Counted from the first letter of the stretch, positions 39,432 to 49,860 are shown. The stretch: DNA of 64,000 nucleotides from Spirochaetota bacterium (GCA_003246895.1 QKCL01000067.1:17995-81994), one strand, 5' to 3'. Notes: a model not told the origin generated them from the sequence alone. Numbers and translations are program-made.

Positions 39432-40238
39432 TCAGTGTGCTTCGATTATTCTGTTTGTCATGAAACATCTTTCGCTGTCGCGGAGAAAACAGTGTGCCAG
39501 TATATAATCTTTCTTTCCGTACCTGATAAACTCTTTCGGCAGTATCTGTCTCATGGTAATATTTCCGTCTGAGTCAATGTATTTAATCATTACTTCCTTT
39601 CCGATTGAAATATTCGGTACAAGATTAAATCCTTTTGCCTTTTCAATCTTTATCCCCGGTTTCACCGGTTCTCCATGAAAATCAAGCAGGTCCCTGAACA
39701 GGTTATCCGGGCCAAAATTTCTGTCTTCAAGTATTTTTATAAAGACATGCATGCAAGCAATGGCATCATCAAGTGCCCTGTGGTTCTGAATTTCAAGGTC
39801 CAGGTGTTTTGCAAGTGTGCCGAGTTTATGGTTCGGAAGGCAGCAGAAATGTTTTTTTGCCATTCTGACCGTATCTAAAGCAGAAAGCCCCTTCAGGTTT
39901 ATGTTATTTTTTCTGAATATACTTTCAATGAAAGAAAGGTCAAATCTTGGATTCTGTATAATGAGCACGCTGCCCTCAATGAAACGCGAGAAATCTGAAA
40001 GAAGATCCTCTATTTTTGGGCACCCCATTACCATTCTGTCTGTTATGCCATGGATTTTGATTACATTTTCAGGAATTTTGACTTCCGGATCCACCAGTGT
40101 ATGAAAACGGTCTGTTTCACCATTCAGGCTGAATTTGACTACACCTATTTCCACAATACGGTTATATGCCGGATTTACGCCAGTGGTTTCCAGGTCAAGT
40201 GCACAAAATTCTATGTCCTTAAGCTTTTTGAGAGACAT
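39432..40238 (-). CDS. DEDDh 3'-5' exonuclease with C-terminal WYL-like domain
   Basis: LDLETTG, QNPRFD, DT, HRALDD; IKYIDSDGNITMRQILP..AHCFLR.ERCF..RI. Confidence 0.82.
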   Translation of the reverse strand: MSLKKLKDIEFCALDLETTGVNPAYNRIVEIGVVKFSLNGETDRFHTLVDPEVKIPENVIKIHGITDRMVMGCPKIEDLLSDFSRFIEGSVLIIQNPRFDLSFIESIFRKNNINLKGLSALDTVRMAKKHFCCLPNHKLGTLAKHLDLEIQNHRALDDAIACMHVFIKILEDRNFGPDNLFRDLLDFHGEPVKPGIKIEKAKGFNLVPNISIGKEVMIKYIDSDGNITMRQILPKEFIRYGKKDYILAHCFLRDSERCFMTNRIIEAH

Positions 40239-40240
40239 TT

Positions 40241-41167
40241 TTAATTAAAATTTCCTATTATTTTTACTTCTGTTTCAAGAGAAATGCTGAATTTGTCCAT
40301 GACACATTTCTTCACATGGTTTATCAGATTAAAAACATCTGAAGATGTTGCATTTTCTTTGTTTATTATGAAATTTGTATGCTTTTCCGATACCATTGCC
40401 CCCCCAATGGTGTAGCCCTTAAGGCCGCAGTCATTGACAAGCTTCCATGCAGAATGCCCCTCGGGATTTTTAAACACAGAACCTGCAGAAGGGAACTCCA
40501 TTGGGTGTTTGCTCCATCTGTCCTTTATTATTTCATCAATTTCTTTCCCAATGGCTGCAGTTTCTGCTGAGGCAGGAAGTTCAAAAAATCCCCCCAGTAT
40601 AATGGACTTTTCAGGGATGTTCATTTTTCTGTAATTTGAATCCTCTTTTGATATTTCAATATCTTCAATTTCATAATCGGAGTTAACTATCCTTATTTTT
40701 TTCAGAATATCAATGAAACAGCCCATAAATGTTCCAGCATTCATGAATATTCCTCCTCCAACGGATCCGGGAACGCCGGCTGTAAAGCTTACTCCGCCAT
40801 AACCGAGTCTGAGAGCTTCAGAAATGAAATTTTCTTTGCTCATGAATGCGCTTGCATAGAGCAGGTTCTCTTTTTTTTCGAGTTTTTTACCTTCTTTCGA
40901 GATTTTTATTACTGCATAATCTAGTCCCTCATCGCTTATGAGGAGATTCGATCCTCCCCCAATAATGAGAAAATCTGTTTTCAGTTCATGAAGAGTTCTG
41001 AGAATTTCAGGTAATGATTCCTCTTCATCGGGTTCGATGAAAATAGATGCCCTGCCGCCTGTTCTGAATGTTGTATGTTCCGAAAGCGGGACATCAAATC
41101 TTACGGTTGATATTTTTCCCAAAGTGTTTAACAGGATATTTTTTAGCTCTGAATTTAATGACATCAT
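40241..41167 (-). CDS. murB: UDP-N-acetylenolpyruvoylglucosamine reductase
   Basis: HTTFRTGG, GGGSNLL, PGSVGGGIFMNAG, PSAGSVFKNP, KHTNF, LETEV. Confidence 0.95.
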   Translation of the reverse strand: MMSLNSELKNILLNTLGKISTVRFDVPLSEHTTFRTGGRASIFIEPDEEESLPEILRTLHELKTDFLIIGGGSNLLISDEGLDYAVIKISKEGKKLEKKENLLYASAFMSKENFISEALRLGYGGVSFTAGVPGSVGGGIFMNAGTFMGCFIDILKKIRIVNSDYEIEDIEISKEDSNYRKMNIPEKSIILGGFFELPASAETAAIGKEIDEIIKDRWSKHPMEFPSAGSVFKNPEGHSAWKLVNDCGLKGYTIGGAMVSEKHTNFIINKENATSSDVFNLINHVKKCVMDKFSISLETEVKIIGNFN

Positions 41168-41189
41168 CTTTCCTTAAATAAAACCTATT

Positions 41190-41218
41190 AAACTAGGAAT
41201 TCTCTAATGACCTGTCAA
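41190..41218 (-). promoter_or_regulatory. Sigma70 promoter of murB
   Basis: Minus strand TTGACA-N17-TAGTTT. Confidence 0.6.
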
Positions 41219-41522
41219 TAAATTTGTCTCTATTTTTTTATAAAAGAGGTCCCCCCGGGGATTTCCCGTCAGGGGGGATCAAAGAGGAAGCAAAAATGTT
41301 AAGTCATATAGGTAATCAGGTTTACCTTACGTATTAAGTAACAGTTAACTCTATTAAGATAATGAAAAAAACCGGAAAAAAATTTTTTTAAGGAAAAAAA
41401 GAGAAAAATTTTTATATATGAACCTGGGGCTATTGTAACTGCAGATATTTATTATTTGTAATATTCCTTAATTGCCGATAAATAAAGAGATCTATTATAA
41501 TAGCAATTAAATCGAAAATACC

Positions 41523-42008
41523 ATGAAAAAAGAGATAAAGCACCAGATCCCTGATATAACCGAATTTACCGATGAAAACGGGAAAAAGTGGGTCCAGACA
41601 TCAACAGACGACCTCTTTGCAATGAACGAACTCAATGAGATACTCGGTAAAATTGAGAAGGAGAGGGACAGTGACGGCATATTTCTGGCCAGAATTGACT
41701 TTCAGAAGGTTGACAAGGAATTCTATGAAGCAGCCGTTGATCTGCAGAAACGGCTTGTAAAACAGACTGACTTAATGAAAAAATATGTTGAAGAGTCCGG
41801 CAGAATAATGGACCGGAAGAACAGAAAGCTCAGGGAACTTATTGAATATATAAAGAAACTGCATATGGTGCTTGCCTACCTCAATGAGAATCCTGACGAA
41901 ACGGGCAGCCTGGACCTTTCAAAACTCAGCATAACCATTTCCGAGGGCAAACCTGAATATATTTCTGAATACGAAAATGTTGAAGAGATGGTGCTGGAGA
42001 GTGAATAG
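41523..42008 (+). CDS. Hypothetical coiled-coil protein
   Basis: 161-aa ORF; no motif recognised. Confidence 0.65.
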   Translation: MKKEIKHQIPDITEFTDENGKKWVQTSTDDLFAMNELNEILGKIEKERDSDGIFLARIDFQKVDKEFYEAAVDLQKRLVKQTDLMKKYVEESGRIMDRKNRKLRELIEYIKKLHMVLAYLNENPDETGSLDLSKLSITISEGKPEYISEYENVEEMVLESE

Positions 42009-42086
42009 TCCTTTTGCCCTCTAAAAATTGTTGACACAGACATGAATTGGTCTGGTATTAATGTTTCATCATAGTTGGAGGCTGAT

Positions 42087-43511
42087 GTGACATTAAAAAT
42101 TTACAATACAATGACCCGGACCCTTGAAGAGTTTATCCCCGGCGGAGTAAAGAGGGATAAAATAGAAGATTATGCGCCTGTTTCAATCTACTCCTGCGGC
42201 CCCACAGTTTACAGCTATGCCCATATAGGAAACTTCAGAACATTTGTTTTTAATGATTTTTTCAGAAGATACCTGGAATTCAGGGGGTACAAACTCAATC
42301 AGTCCATGAATATAACCGATGTGGATGACAAAACCATTGCCGGAGCAAACAGGGATGGAGTTACTCTCGGAGAATATACCGGGAAATATACCGGCATATT
42401 CTTTGAGGATCTGAAAAGCCTGAATATTGAAGAAGTTGAGCATTACCCAAGGGCAACAGAGTCCATTGATTCCATGATAGACATTCTTGAAAAAATAAAC
42501 AGCAAAGGACTTCTCTATGAAAAGGAGGGGTCTCTCTACTTCAGTATTTCAAAGTACGGTGATTATGGCCGCCTTTCCAGGGTTGATGCAAGGGAGATAA
42601 AGTCCGGTGCCAGATATGACGCAGACGAGTATGAAAAGGATGATGTCAGGGATTTTGCATTATGGAAGGCATCAAAGAAAGACGAACCTTCATGGGAAAC
42701 TCCCTTCGGCAGCGGACGTCCCGGCTGGCATATTGAGTGTTCCGCGATGATCCGTAAAATATATAACTCCACGATCGATGTTCATACCGGCGGAGTAGAC
42801 CTTATATTTCCGCACCACGAGAATGAGATTGCGCAGAGCGAGGCCGCATACGGTGAAAAATTTTCAAGGTACTGGATTCATGTAGAACATCTTCTTGTTA
42901 ATGGTTCCAAAATGTCAAAATCTGCAGGGAATTTTTATACTTTAAGAGACCTCATCGAAAAGGGGTTCTCTGCAAGGTCTATCCGTTTTCTGCTCCTCAC
43001 GGCCCATTACAGGAAACAGCTTAACTTTACGCTTGATGGACTTAAACAGGCGGAGCAGGCGCTTGAACGCATTGATAATTTCATTGTCAGATTAAACGAT
43101 GTAAAAAATTTTTCCTGCGAAAATAATGCTGATTCAGTTATTGAAAATTTCATGGAGTCTTTTACTGATACCGTTGATGCAGACCTGAATATTTCCGGGG
43201 GAATCGGAGTATTCTTTGATTTTATTACAAAATTAAATTCACTAATAGATGAAAACAGACTTTCACTGAATGATATCGATAGTATAAACAGCACTCTGGA
43301 ACTGGCGGATTCTGTTTTTGGATTTATCTATATGGATAAACAGGAGTTACAGGTTGATGAGGAGATGATAAATGCCCTTGTGCAGGAGAGAAATGATGCC
43401 AAGGCTTCAAAAAATTTTGCCAGGGCCGATGAAATAAGGGATACTCTCATAGATATGGGGATTGTTCTTGAGGATACAAAGGATGGGACAAGATGGAAAA
43501 TAAAGAAGTAA
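42087..43511 (+). CDS. cysS: Cysteine--tRNA ligase
   Basis: CGPTVY..AHIGN, GRPGWHIEC, HHENE, KMSKS; GTG 42087 after GGAGG. Confidence 0.96.
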   Translation: MTLKIYNTMTRTLEEFIPGGVKRDKIEDYAPVSIYSCGPTVYSYAHIGNFRTFVFNDFFRRYLEFRGYKLNQSMNITDVDDKTIAGANRDGVTLGEYTGKYTGIFFEDLKSLNIEEVEHYPRATESIDSMIDILEKINSKGLLYEKEGSLYFSISKYGDYGRLSRVDAREIKSGARYDADEYEKDDVRDFALWKASKKDEPSWETPFGSGRPGWHIECSAMIRKIYNSTIDVHTGGVDLIFPHHENEIAQSEAAYGEKFSRYWIHVEHLLVNGSKMSKSAGNFYTLRDLIEKGFSARSIRFLLLTAHYRKQLNFTLDGLKQAEQALERIDNFIVRLNDVKNFSCENNADSVIENFMESFTDTVDADLNISGGIGVFFDFITKLNSLIDENRLSLNDIDSINSTLELADSVFGFIYMDKQELQVDEEMINALVQERNDAKASKNFARADEIRDTLIDMGIVLEDTKDGTRWKIKK

Positions 43512-44230
43512 TATGCGGGAGAAACCCTGTATATGAATACCTTAAGTCCATGGACGGGAACATGCCCGGTACAGAACTTTTTTTTGCCTCAAATGCCCAT
43601 GGAAAAATTATATCTGATATAAGGGATCTTGCCCGAAATAGAGGAGTGAAGGTTTCCGAAAGGGACAGGGAGTTTTTTGCAAAATACAGTTCCGGGGCAA
43701 ACGCTCAGGGCGTTGTCTTATTTGCTCCGGTTAAAGAAAAAAAAATGGACCTTGATGAAACCATGGACAGGCTTGTGAGTGAAAACGGGGTCATGGTTGT
43801 GCTGGATCAGATAACTGATCCTCATAATCTGGGTTCAATAATAAGGTCCGCCGAGGCTCTCGGGTGTGATACCATTGTCCTGCCCAAGGCAAACTCCGCT
43901 GACGTAAATGAGGTTGTGAGAAAAACCTCGGCAGGAGCAACTGCATATGTTGATATTCACAGGGTCAGCAATCTTTCCAGATTTATTGATGATGCCAAGG
44001 AGAAGGGATTTTGGGTCGTGGGTACAAGTGATCACGGCACTACGGAAATATCCAAACTTAAAGAGATCAGGCCTGTGTGCATAATAATAGGCAGTGAGGG
44101 CAAGGGGATGCGCAGGCTCACCGAGGAAAAATGCGACTATGTCGTGACCATTCCGCTCAGGGGCCGGGTTTCGTCTCTGAATGCTTCTGTGGCCGCAGGA
44201 ATTGTTCTGTATGAAGCTACGAAAAGTTAA
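43493..44230 (+). CDS. rlmB: 23S rRNA Gm2251 2'-O-methyltransferase
   Basis: GRNPV, DPHNLGSIIRSA, GSEGKG, SLNASVA; follows cysS. Confidence 0.88.
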   Translation: MENKEVICGRNPVYEYLKSMDGNMPGTELFFASNAHGKIISDIRDLARNRGVKVSERDREFFAKYSSGANAQGVVLFAPVKEKKMDLDETMDRLVSENGVMVVLDQITDPHNLGSIIRSAEALGCDTIVLPKANSADVNEVVRKTSAGATAYVDIHRVSNLSRFIDDAKEKGFWVVGTSDHGTTEISKLKEIRPVCIIIGSEGKGMRRLTEEKCDYVVTIPLRGRVSSLNASVAAGIVLYEATKS

Positions 44231-44912
44231 CTTTTTTTTTATTCTGTTTTTGTTGTCCGCAGGATTCCGTCTGCCGGGACATTGTCTTCAGAATTCTGCT
44301 GCAGGGAATGTTGACTTTATAAATGTGCATAATGGGCAGATTCTTGTAAGTGTTACGGATGAGAGTTCTCTCTATTCTCTGGCTGTAGGTGATTTTGTGC
44401 ATGTTCTTGCCGGCAACAGGGAAATACATTTTATTATTACCGAGAAAACAGGGCATTATTTCAGATGCAGACTGTACAAAGCAGAAGGAAACATTCTGCG
44501 AACAGTCACTGAAGGGCAGAAGGTGTATAACTCTCCGGCACTGAACAATAAAAGAAAATACTATGATCTCAGGAATACAATGTCGGAACTGGCCGGCATA
44601 TATGAAAAATTCATATATGGGATAGGGACGTCTGAAAATCCGCAAGTCATTGCGGATGAGATAAACAGATTTTCAGATAAACTTGAAAAAATCATTCCGG
44701 TAATTGAACACATCTATGGTCAGTACCCTGAACTGAAAAATATTAAGTCTGTTCCAGATGAATTAAGGGAAGTTTTTTCAAGAATGAAAAAACTTGAGTC
44801 ACTGCTTGGTGAAGCTTTTTATAAGATCAGGCTATACGGTGAGAATGGGGATATAAAAAAAGCGGCTGCCAGACTCGATATTCTTATTCGCAGAATTACC
44901 GGCAAGAAGTGA
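44211..44912 (+). CDS. Exported hypothetical protein
   Basis: Likely ATG 44211 with a signal peptide; beta N-half and helical C-half. Confidence 0.6.
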   Translation: MKLRKVNFFFILFLLSAGFRLPGHCLQNSAAGNVDFINVHNGQILVSVTDESSLYSLAVGDFVHVLAGNREIHFIITEKTGHYFRCRLYKAEGNILRTVTEGQKVYNSPALNNKRKYYDLRNTMSELAGIYEKFIYGIGTSENPQVIADEINRFSDKLEKIIPVIEHIYGQYPELKNIKSVPDELREVFSRMKKLESLLGEAFYKIRLYGENGDIKKAAARLDILIRRITGKK

Positions 44913-44935
44913 CCATAGTCCGTAATTTTAAAACC

Positions 44936-44964
44936 TTGACAAGTCCAGTGCAGTGCTGTAGGAT
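44936..44964 (+). promoter_or_regulatory. Sigma70 promoter of the two-component cluster
   Basis: TTGACA-N17-TAGGAT. Confidence 0.6.
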
Positions 44965-44997
44965 TTCATATCACTATGGTTTTTAAAGTACTTTAGC

Positions 44998-46416
44998 ATG
45001 AAGAACAGAAAAATACTAATTGTAGAGGATCAGCTTATCATAGCCCTTGACCTGAAGAACAGTCTTGAGGGATTGGGATATGAGGTCCTTGAAATTGTCA
45101 ATACAGGAGAGGACTGTATTGAATATGTAAATAAAATCCGGCCTGATCTGGTTCTCATGGATATAATGCTCCCGGGAAAGCTGGATGGTATTGCAACAGC
45201 GGCTTACCTGTCTGATGAACTTAAAAACCCCGTACCTGTCATATATCTCACAGCACATTCCGATGAAAAATCCGTAGAAAGAGCAAATCTCACATCTCCC
45301 TACGGGTATATAGTTAAGCCCATAGAAGACAAGGAACTCTATACAACTATAGAGATTGCCCTGAATCGGTTCGAACTTGATATGGAGATAAAGTCCAGGG
45401 AGAAAAAATTCAGGACACTTTTTGAGGAATCCATAGATCCGATTTTTACTGCCGATGAGAACGGAATTATCGGAGATGTAAACGGAGCTATGTCAAAACT
45501 CTTCGATATTGAAAGGGATGGTCTCATTGGCAGGGAACTGTCGGATCTTTTTGAGGACATTGTCATGTACTATAAAATTATTAGTCATGCCGATGCAAAT
45601 GGATCTGTGAGAGATTTTGAAACCAAAATGATCGGCAGGGATTCAAGGAGACTGGATGTAATAATTTCACTTAAAAGATATGATGATTCCTGGGAAGGTG
45701 TCACCGGATATCAGGGAATATTGCGTGATATATCTGAACAGAAGAAATACATTCATCAAATTATTGAATCCCAGAGGGAGTTGAGAAATCTTACAGCTCA
45801 TATTGAGTCATTGAGAGAAAAAGAGCGTACAGACATCTCTCGTGAAATTCATGATGTCCTTGGTCAGTCTCTTACCGCTCTGAGAATTGACCTTTCATGG
45901 TTGAAGAAGAGAATAAGCAAGGATGATGTTGAACAGGTTGACAAAATAGAGATTATGGACAACCTCATTAATGAAATAATAATTACAGTACGCAGATTGT
46001 CTGCAAGCCTTCGGCCTGGAATACTGGATGATCTTGGTCTGAGTGCAGCAATAGAATGGCAGATAGATGAGTTCAGGAAGAGGACCGGATACAGATGTTC
46101 TGTGGAAACAGACGAACTCGTTGATCTATCTGAAGAAAAAGCGGTTGCCTGTTTCAGGATACTGCAGGAATCATTGAATAATGTTGTCAAACATGCAGGA
46201 GCTACATCTGTAAATGTATCCCTTAAGAGAAAGTGCGGGGTAGTTGAAATGGTTATTTCTGATAACGGGAAAGGAATTTCGGTGGATGGCAAAGGGAAAA
46301 AAGGTTCCTACGGCATAATTGGCATGCGTGAAAGGGTTCAGTCCTTGAAGGGAAATCTTACTGTAGATGGAGAACCCGGCTCAGGAACAGTTGTGACTGT
46401 GCAGATTCCATCTTAG
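44998..46416 (+). CDS. Hybrid sensor kinase REC-PAS-HisKA_3-HATPase
   Basis: VEDQ..LMDI..KP; ISREIHDVLGQ; LRPGILDDLGL; QESLNNVVKHA; DNGKG. Confidence 0.9.
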   Translation: MKNRKILIVEDQLIIALDLKNSLEGLGYEVLEIVNTGEDCIEYVNKIRPDLVLMDIMLPGKLDGIATAAYLSDELKNPVPVIYLTAHSDEKSVERANLTSPYGYIVKPIEDKELYTTIEIALNRFELDMEIKSREKKFRTLFEESIDPIFTADENGIIGDVNGAMSKLFDIERDGLIGRELSDLFEDIVMYYKIISHADANGSVRDFETKMIGRDSRRLDVIISLKRYDDSWEGVTGYQGILRDISEQKKYIHQIIESQRELRNLTAHIESLREKERTDISREIHDVLGQSLTALRIDLSWLKKRISKDDVEQVDKIEIMDNLINEIIITVRRLSASLRPGILDDLGLSAAIEWQIDEFRKRTGYRCSVETDELVDLSEEKAVACFRILQESLNNVVKHAGATSVNVSLKRKCGVVEMVISDNGKGISVDGKGKKGSYGIIGMRERVQSLKGNLTVDGEPGSGTVVTVQIPS

Positions 46417-46429
46417 CGGAGGAGTTTTA

Positions 46430-47065
46430 ATGATACGGATTGTAATTGCCGATGACCATGAGATAGTCAGGGCAGGGATGAAACAGATTATAAGTGATGA
46501 TGAGGATCTGGAGGTTGCAGGGGAAGCTGAGTCCGGAGAAAAGCTTATTGAGCTGTTCAAGAAAAATGAATATGATGTTGTTCTTCTTGATTTGAAGATG
46601 TCGGGAATGAGCGGGCTTGATACCCTTAAACACCTTAAACTGATTAAACCCAAAATTCCTGTCATTGTACTGAGTATGCATTCTGAAGATCAGTATGCTG
46701 TCAGGACAATAAAGGCCGGCGCAAGCGGCTATCTGACAAAGGAAACTGCAGCAGAGAATCTGGTTAATGCCATAAAGAAAGTTGTTAAAGGCGGAAAATA
46801 TATCAGTCCTGCTTTCGCAGAAACACTTGCAGAAAGCATTGCCGGAGGAGTGTCGCTTAGTCCCCATGAATGCCTAACGGACCGTGAGTATGAGGTTCTC
46901 TGTATGATCGCATCAGGAAAGACTGTTACAGAAATAGCGTCAGAGCTTTTTTTAAGTGTAAAGACAATAAGTACCTACCGTCAGAGGCTTCTTGATAAGA
47001 TGCATATGAAAACAAATGCGGATCTTACAAGGTATGCAATAAAAAACAATCTTCTCGAGTTTTGA
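46430..47065 (+). CDS. NarL/UvrY-family response regulator
   Basis: ADDHEIVR, LDLKM, YLTK; LTDREYEV..LSVKTISTYR. Confidence 0.93.
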   Translation: MIRIVIADDHEIVRAGMKQIISDDEDLEVAGEAESGEKLIELFKKNEYDVVLLDLKMSGMSGLDTLKHLKLIKPKIPVIVLSMHSEDQYAVRTIKAGASGYLTKETAAENLVNAIKKVVKGGKYISPAFAETLAESIAGGVSLSPHECLTDREYEVLCMIASGKTVTEIASELFLSVKTISTYRQRLLDKMHMKTNADLTRYAIKNNLLEF

Positions 47066-47215
47066 TGAATTTGTAGGACATTGTCTTACGGATTCATCGG
47101 TAAATATTACCGTAAAACTTACTTCAAGTTACCGAAATTTTTAGAACAATTCCCATGTAATAATATCTTTTGTCCGATTGAGTTTTTTTTCAGTCTGTGA
47201 TAATCCTGTTTCAGG

Positions 47216-47584
47216 ATGAATGAAATGAAAGTGCTAATAGTTGATGACAGCTCGAAAATCAGGTACAGGTTGATGAGTCTTCTGTCTTCGCTTGATAATG
47301 TTGATGTTGTCGGTTTTTCCGGTGAAGAAGATATTGAAGAGATAAACAGTGTTAATCCCGATTTTATTGTGCTGGATATCAATCTCGTTGGCAAGAGCGG
47401 TGTTGAAATTCTGAAATCTGTAAAGAGAACAATGCCGGATGTTCAGGTTGCGATGCTCACCAATCATTTCGATTCATTCTATAGCAGATTGTGCAAGAAT
47501 TGCGGTGCAGACTATTTTTTTGATAAATCAATGGATTTTGATCTGCTTGCAACTCTGATAAAAGAAAAAGAAAAAATGCATTAA
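47216..47584 (+). CDS. Single-domain response regulator
   Basis: IVDDS, LDINL, MLTN, FFDKS. Confidence 0.85.
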   Translation: MNEMKVLIVDDSSKIRYRLMSLLSSLDNVDVVGFSGEEDIEEINSVNPDFIVLDINLVGKSGVEILKSVKRTMPDVQVAMLTNHFDSFYSRLCKNCGADYFFDKSMDFDLLATLIKEKEKMH

Positions 47585-47599
47585 TATCTGGAGGAGTTT

Positions 47600-47863
47600 A
47601 TGAGACAACATGAGTTTACCCAAATTATGGAAAACGAAGCTTATTCAGATTTTTTCAGGAGAGTACGAAGTATTGGATGCAATGATGCAGAGCTTGTCTT
47701 TGATTTTAACAAGCAGAAAAATATTGATCCGGGTGTTATAAAGGTAATATGCATAGCGCAGCGGTTTGCCATGCTCGATAACAAGAAGGTTATATTTAAA
47801 GGCATTCCAGAGGAGACCAAGAAACTCCTTGAAAGCAAAACAAATGTAGCGGTTGCATTTTAG
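47600..47863 (+). CDS. Small STAS-like protein
   Basis: GGAGG RBS; LVFDFNKQKNIDPGVI resembles the STAS core. Confidence 0.5.
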   Translation: MRQHEFTQIMENEAYSDFFRRVRSIGCNDAELVFDFNKQKNIDPGVIKVICIAQRFAMLDNKKVIFKGIPEETKKLLESKTNVAVAF

Positions 47864-47916
47864 GATATACTATCACTGTTCATTTTTATTGACAGAAATA
47901 TAAAAATGTATTTTAA

Positions 47917-49860
47917 TTGATCCGGTGGAAATGGACAGTGAAACAGCATAAAAAACATAAACTATTTATCATTCTTTTCCTTTTGGTTTTTATTACCATA
48001 TTTTTTTGTATTTGCCATGTCTTTCAGTCAAAACCTGATGGAGCCATGGAGATATTTTATGGATTTCTGAATAACGATGTCTGCAGTTTCTCCATAACAG
48101 ATTTTTTCTATATTCCTGTAATCCTTGCGGCGTTCTGGTATAAAATAAATGTTTTCTGGGTAGTTCTCTATCTTTCCGGACTGTTCTTTTCTATTCACCT
48201 TTTCAAGGGGCAGTACTATCTTCTTGTTGATGACTTTGTAAGATTCTTTTATCTTCTTGCATGCGGCTTCGGTGTTGCCTATCTCAGCGATAATCTCCAT
48301 AAAATAATAAGGTATAAGAGGTATAAAAATATAATTTCATCTCTCCAGCAGCCTGTTATAATTGTTGATAAGGGGAATGAAATTACCATGAAGAATGTTA
48401 TGTTCTCAAGTGTTTTCGGACATGACTGCAATGAACTTGAAGCTCTTAAAAAAAATCTGGATGAAAAAACACAGTCTTATTTTGAAAGCCTTGTCAAAAA
48501 GACTTTTGCTGGAGAAGCAGGAAATATTTTTGTTTATCTGTCAGACCGTGCTGGTGATACAAAATTTTTTGAAATAAATTTTTATCCTCTTTATGAGAAT
48601 AGAAGGATTGAGTACATCGTTCTGAATTTCAGGGACCAGACAGAAAAAAAGACCGCAGAAACGGAACTTCAGTTGTCCGTAGAAAAGCAGAAAGTTATTA
48701 TAGATATCCTTGAATTGCTTAATAATAATCAGTCTGAACCGAATATTATTGAAATAATTCTGAATCTTATACGCAAGGATACAGGTATAGGGCTGCTTGG
48801 GCTGCGTTTAACGGAAGATGTTGCATGCTATGTCAGCGATAGTGAAGTTTTTGATGAGGGTTTTATAAGTAATCTTACGGCTAATTGCTGGCTTTTCAGT
48901 CATGATTCACGGGAAGTGGATCTCTGTTCAGGTGGTATTTGTGAAAAAATACTGAAGGACTATGTTGAAGAAAGGGATGGGGAGTCACTTTCTTTTATGT
49001 GCAATGATTTATCAGGGCTAAGTCATGGAGGAGAGGACCACATTTGTAAAATTCAGGGGCATTCAATACAATCCATACTCCTTGTTCCCCTGAAAATTGA
49101 AAAAAGACATATTGGTTTCATTTTTTCTGTGGATCAGAATGTAAATGCCTATTCGCCCGATACGCTGGAGCTTCTGGAAACCATTGCTCCGAGCATAAGT
49201 ATTGCTCTGACGAGGATGAAAAATGAGAAGGAACTTAAACAGTCGATTGAGGAAAAAGAACTTCTTTTGAAAGAGGTCCACCACCGGGTAAAGAACAATA
49301 TGCAGATTATTTCCAGTCTCATAAGCCTTCAGGCTACAAGATATGATGATTTTGCAGTACGGGATGCTTTAGTCGATTGTCAGAACAGGGTCAAAACCAT
49401 GGCACTTGTTCATGAGAAGATTTATAAATCCAGTAATTTTGAGTATATAGACATAGCCTCATATATAGAAGGACTTGTGAGGCTCCTGATGAGTTCATAT
49501 AAAATTTCAACTGATCTCATAAAGATTAAAATGGATGTTTCGAGAAATAATGTAAATATCAACACTGCAATCCCTCTTGCTCAGATGATAAATGAACTTG
49601 TGACAAACTGCTTTAAACATGCCTTTCCAAATGGTGCCGGAGGTCAGCTTGATATTATTATGTTTAAGGATGAAAATTCACGATTTGTGCTGAAAATATC
49701 TGATACCGGTCCCGGACTTGGTAAAGAGGTTTCTTTTCCTGAAGGGGGCAGTCTGGGGTTCCAGCTAATATCTGCGCTGACCAAACAGCTCAGAGGTGAG
49801 GTTACCATAACAAGTGAAGCTGGTGCGACTTTTCTTATATCCTTTCCTGCAGAATGCTGA
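47917..49860 (+). CDS. Membrane PAS/GAF sensor kinase, HisKA_2 type
   Basis: N-terminal TMs; LKEVHHRVKNNMQII, NELVTNCFKHAF, DTGPG, SLGFQLI. Confidence 0.88.
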   Translation: MIRWKWTVKQHKKHKLFIILFLLVFITIFFCICHVFQSKPDGAMEIFYGFLNNDVCSFSITDFFYIPVILAAFWYKINVFWVVLYLSGLFFSIHLFKGQYYLLVDDFVRFFYLLACGFGVAYLSDNLHKIIRYKRYKNIISSLQQPVIIVDKGNEITMKNVMFSSVFGHDCNELEALKKNLDEKTQSYFESLVKKTFAGEAGNIFVYLSDRAGDTKFFEINFYPLYENRRIEYIVLNFRDQTEKKTAETELQLSVEKQKVIIDILELLNNNQSEPNIIEIILNLIRKDTGIGLLGLRLTEDVACYVSDSEVFDEGFISNLTANCWLFSHDSREVDLCSGGICEKILKDYVEERDGESLSFMCNDLSGLSHGGEDHICKIQGHSIQSILLVPLKIEKRHIGFIFSVDQNVNAYSPDTLELLETIAPSISIALTRMKNEKELKQSIEEKELLLKEVHHRVKNNMQIISSLISLQATRYDDFAVRDALVDCQNRVKTMALVHEKIYKSSNFEYIDIASYIEGLVRLLMSSYKISTDLIKIKMDVSRNNVNINTAIPLAQMINELVTNCFKHAFPNGAGGQLDIIMFKDENSRFVLKISDTGPGLGKEVSFPEGGSLGFQLISALTKQLRGEVTITSEAGATFLISFPAEC

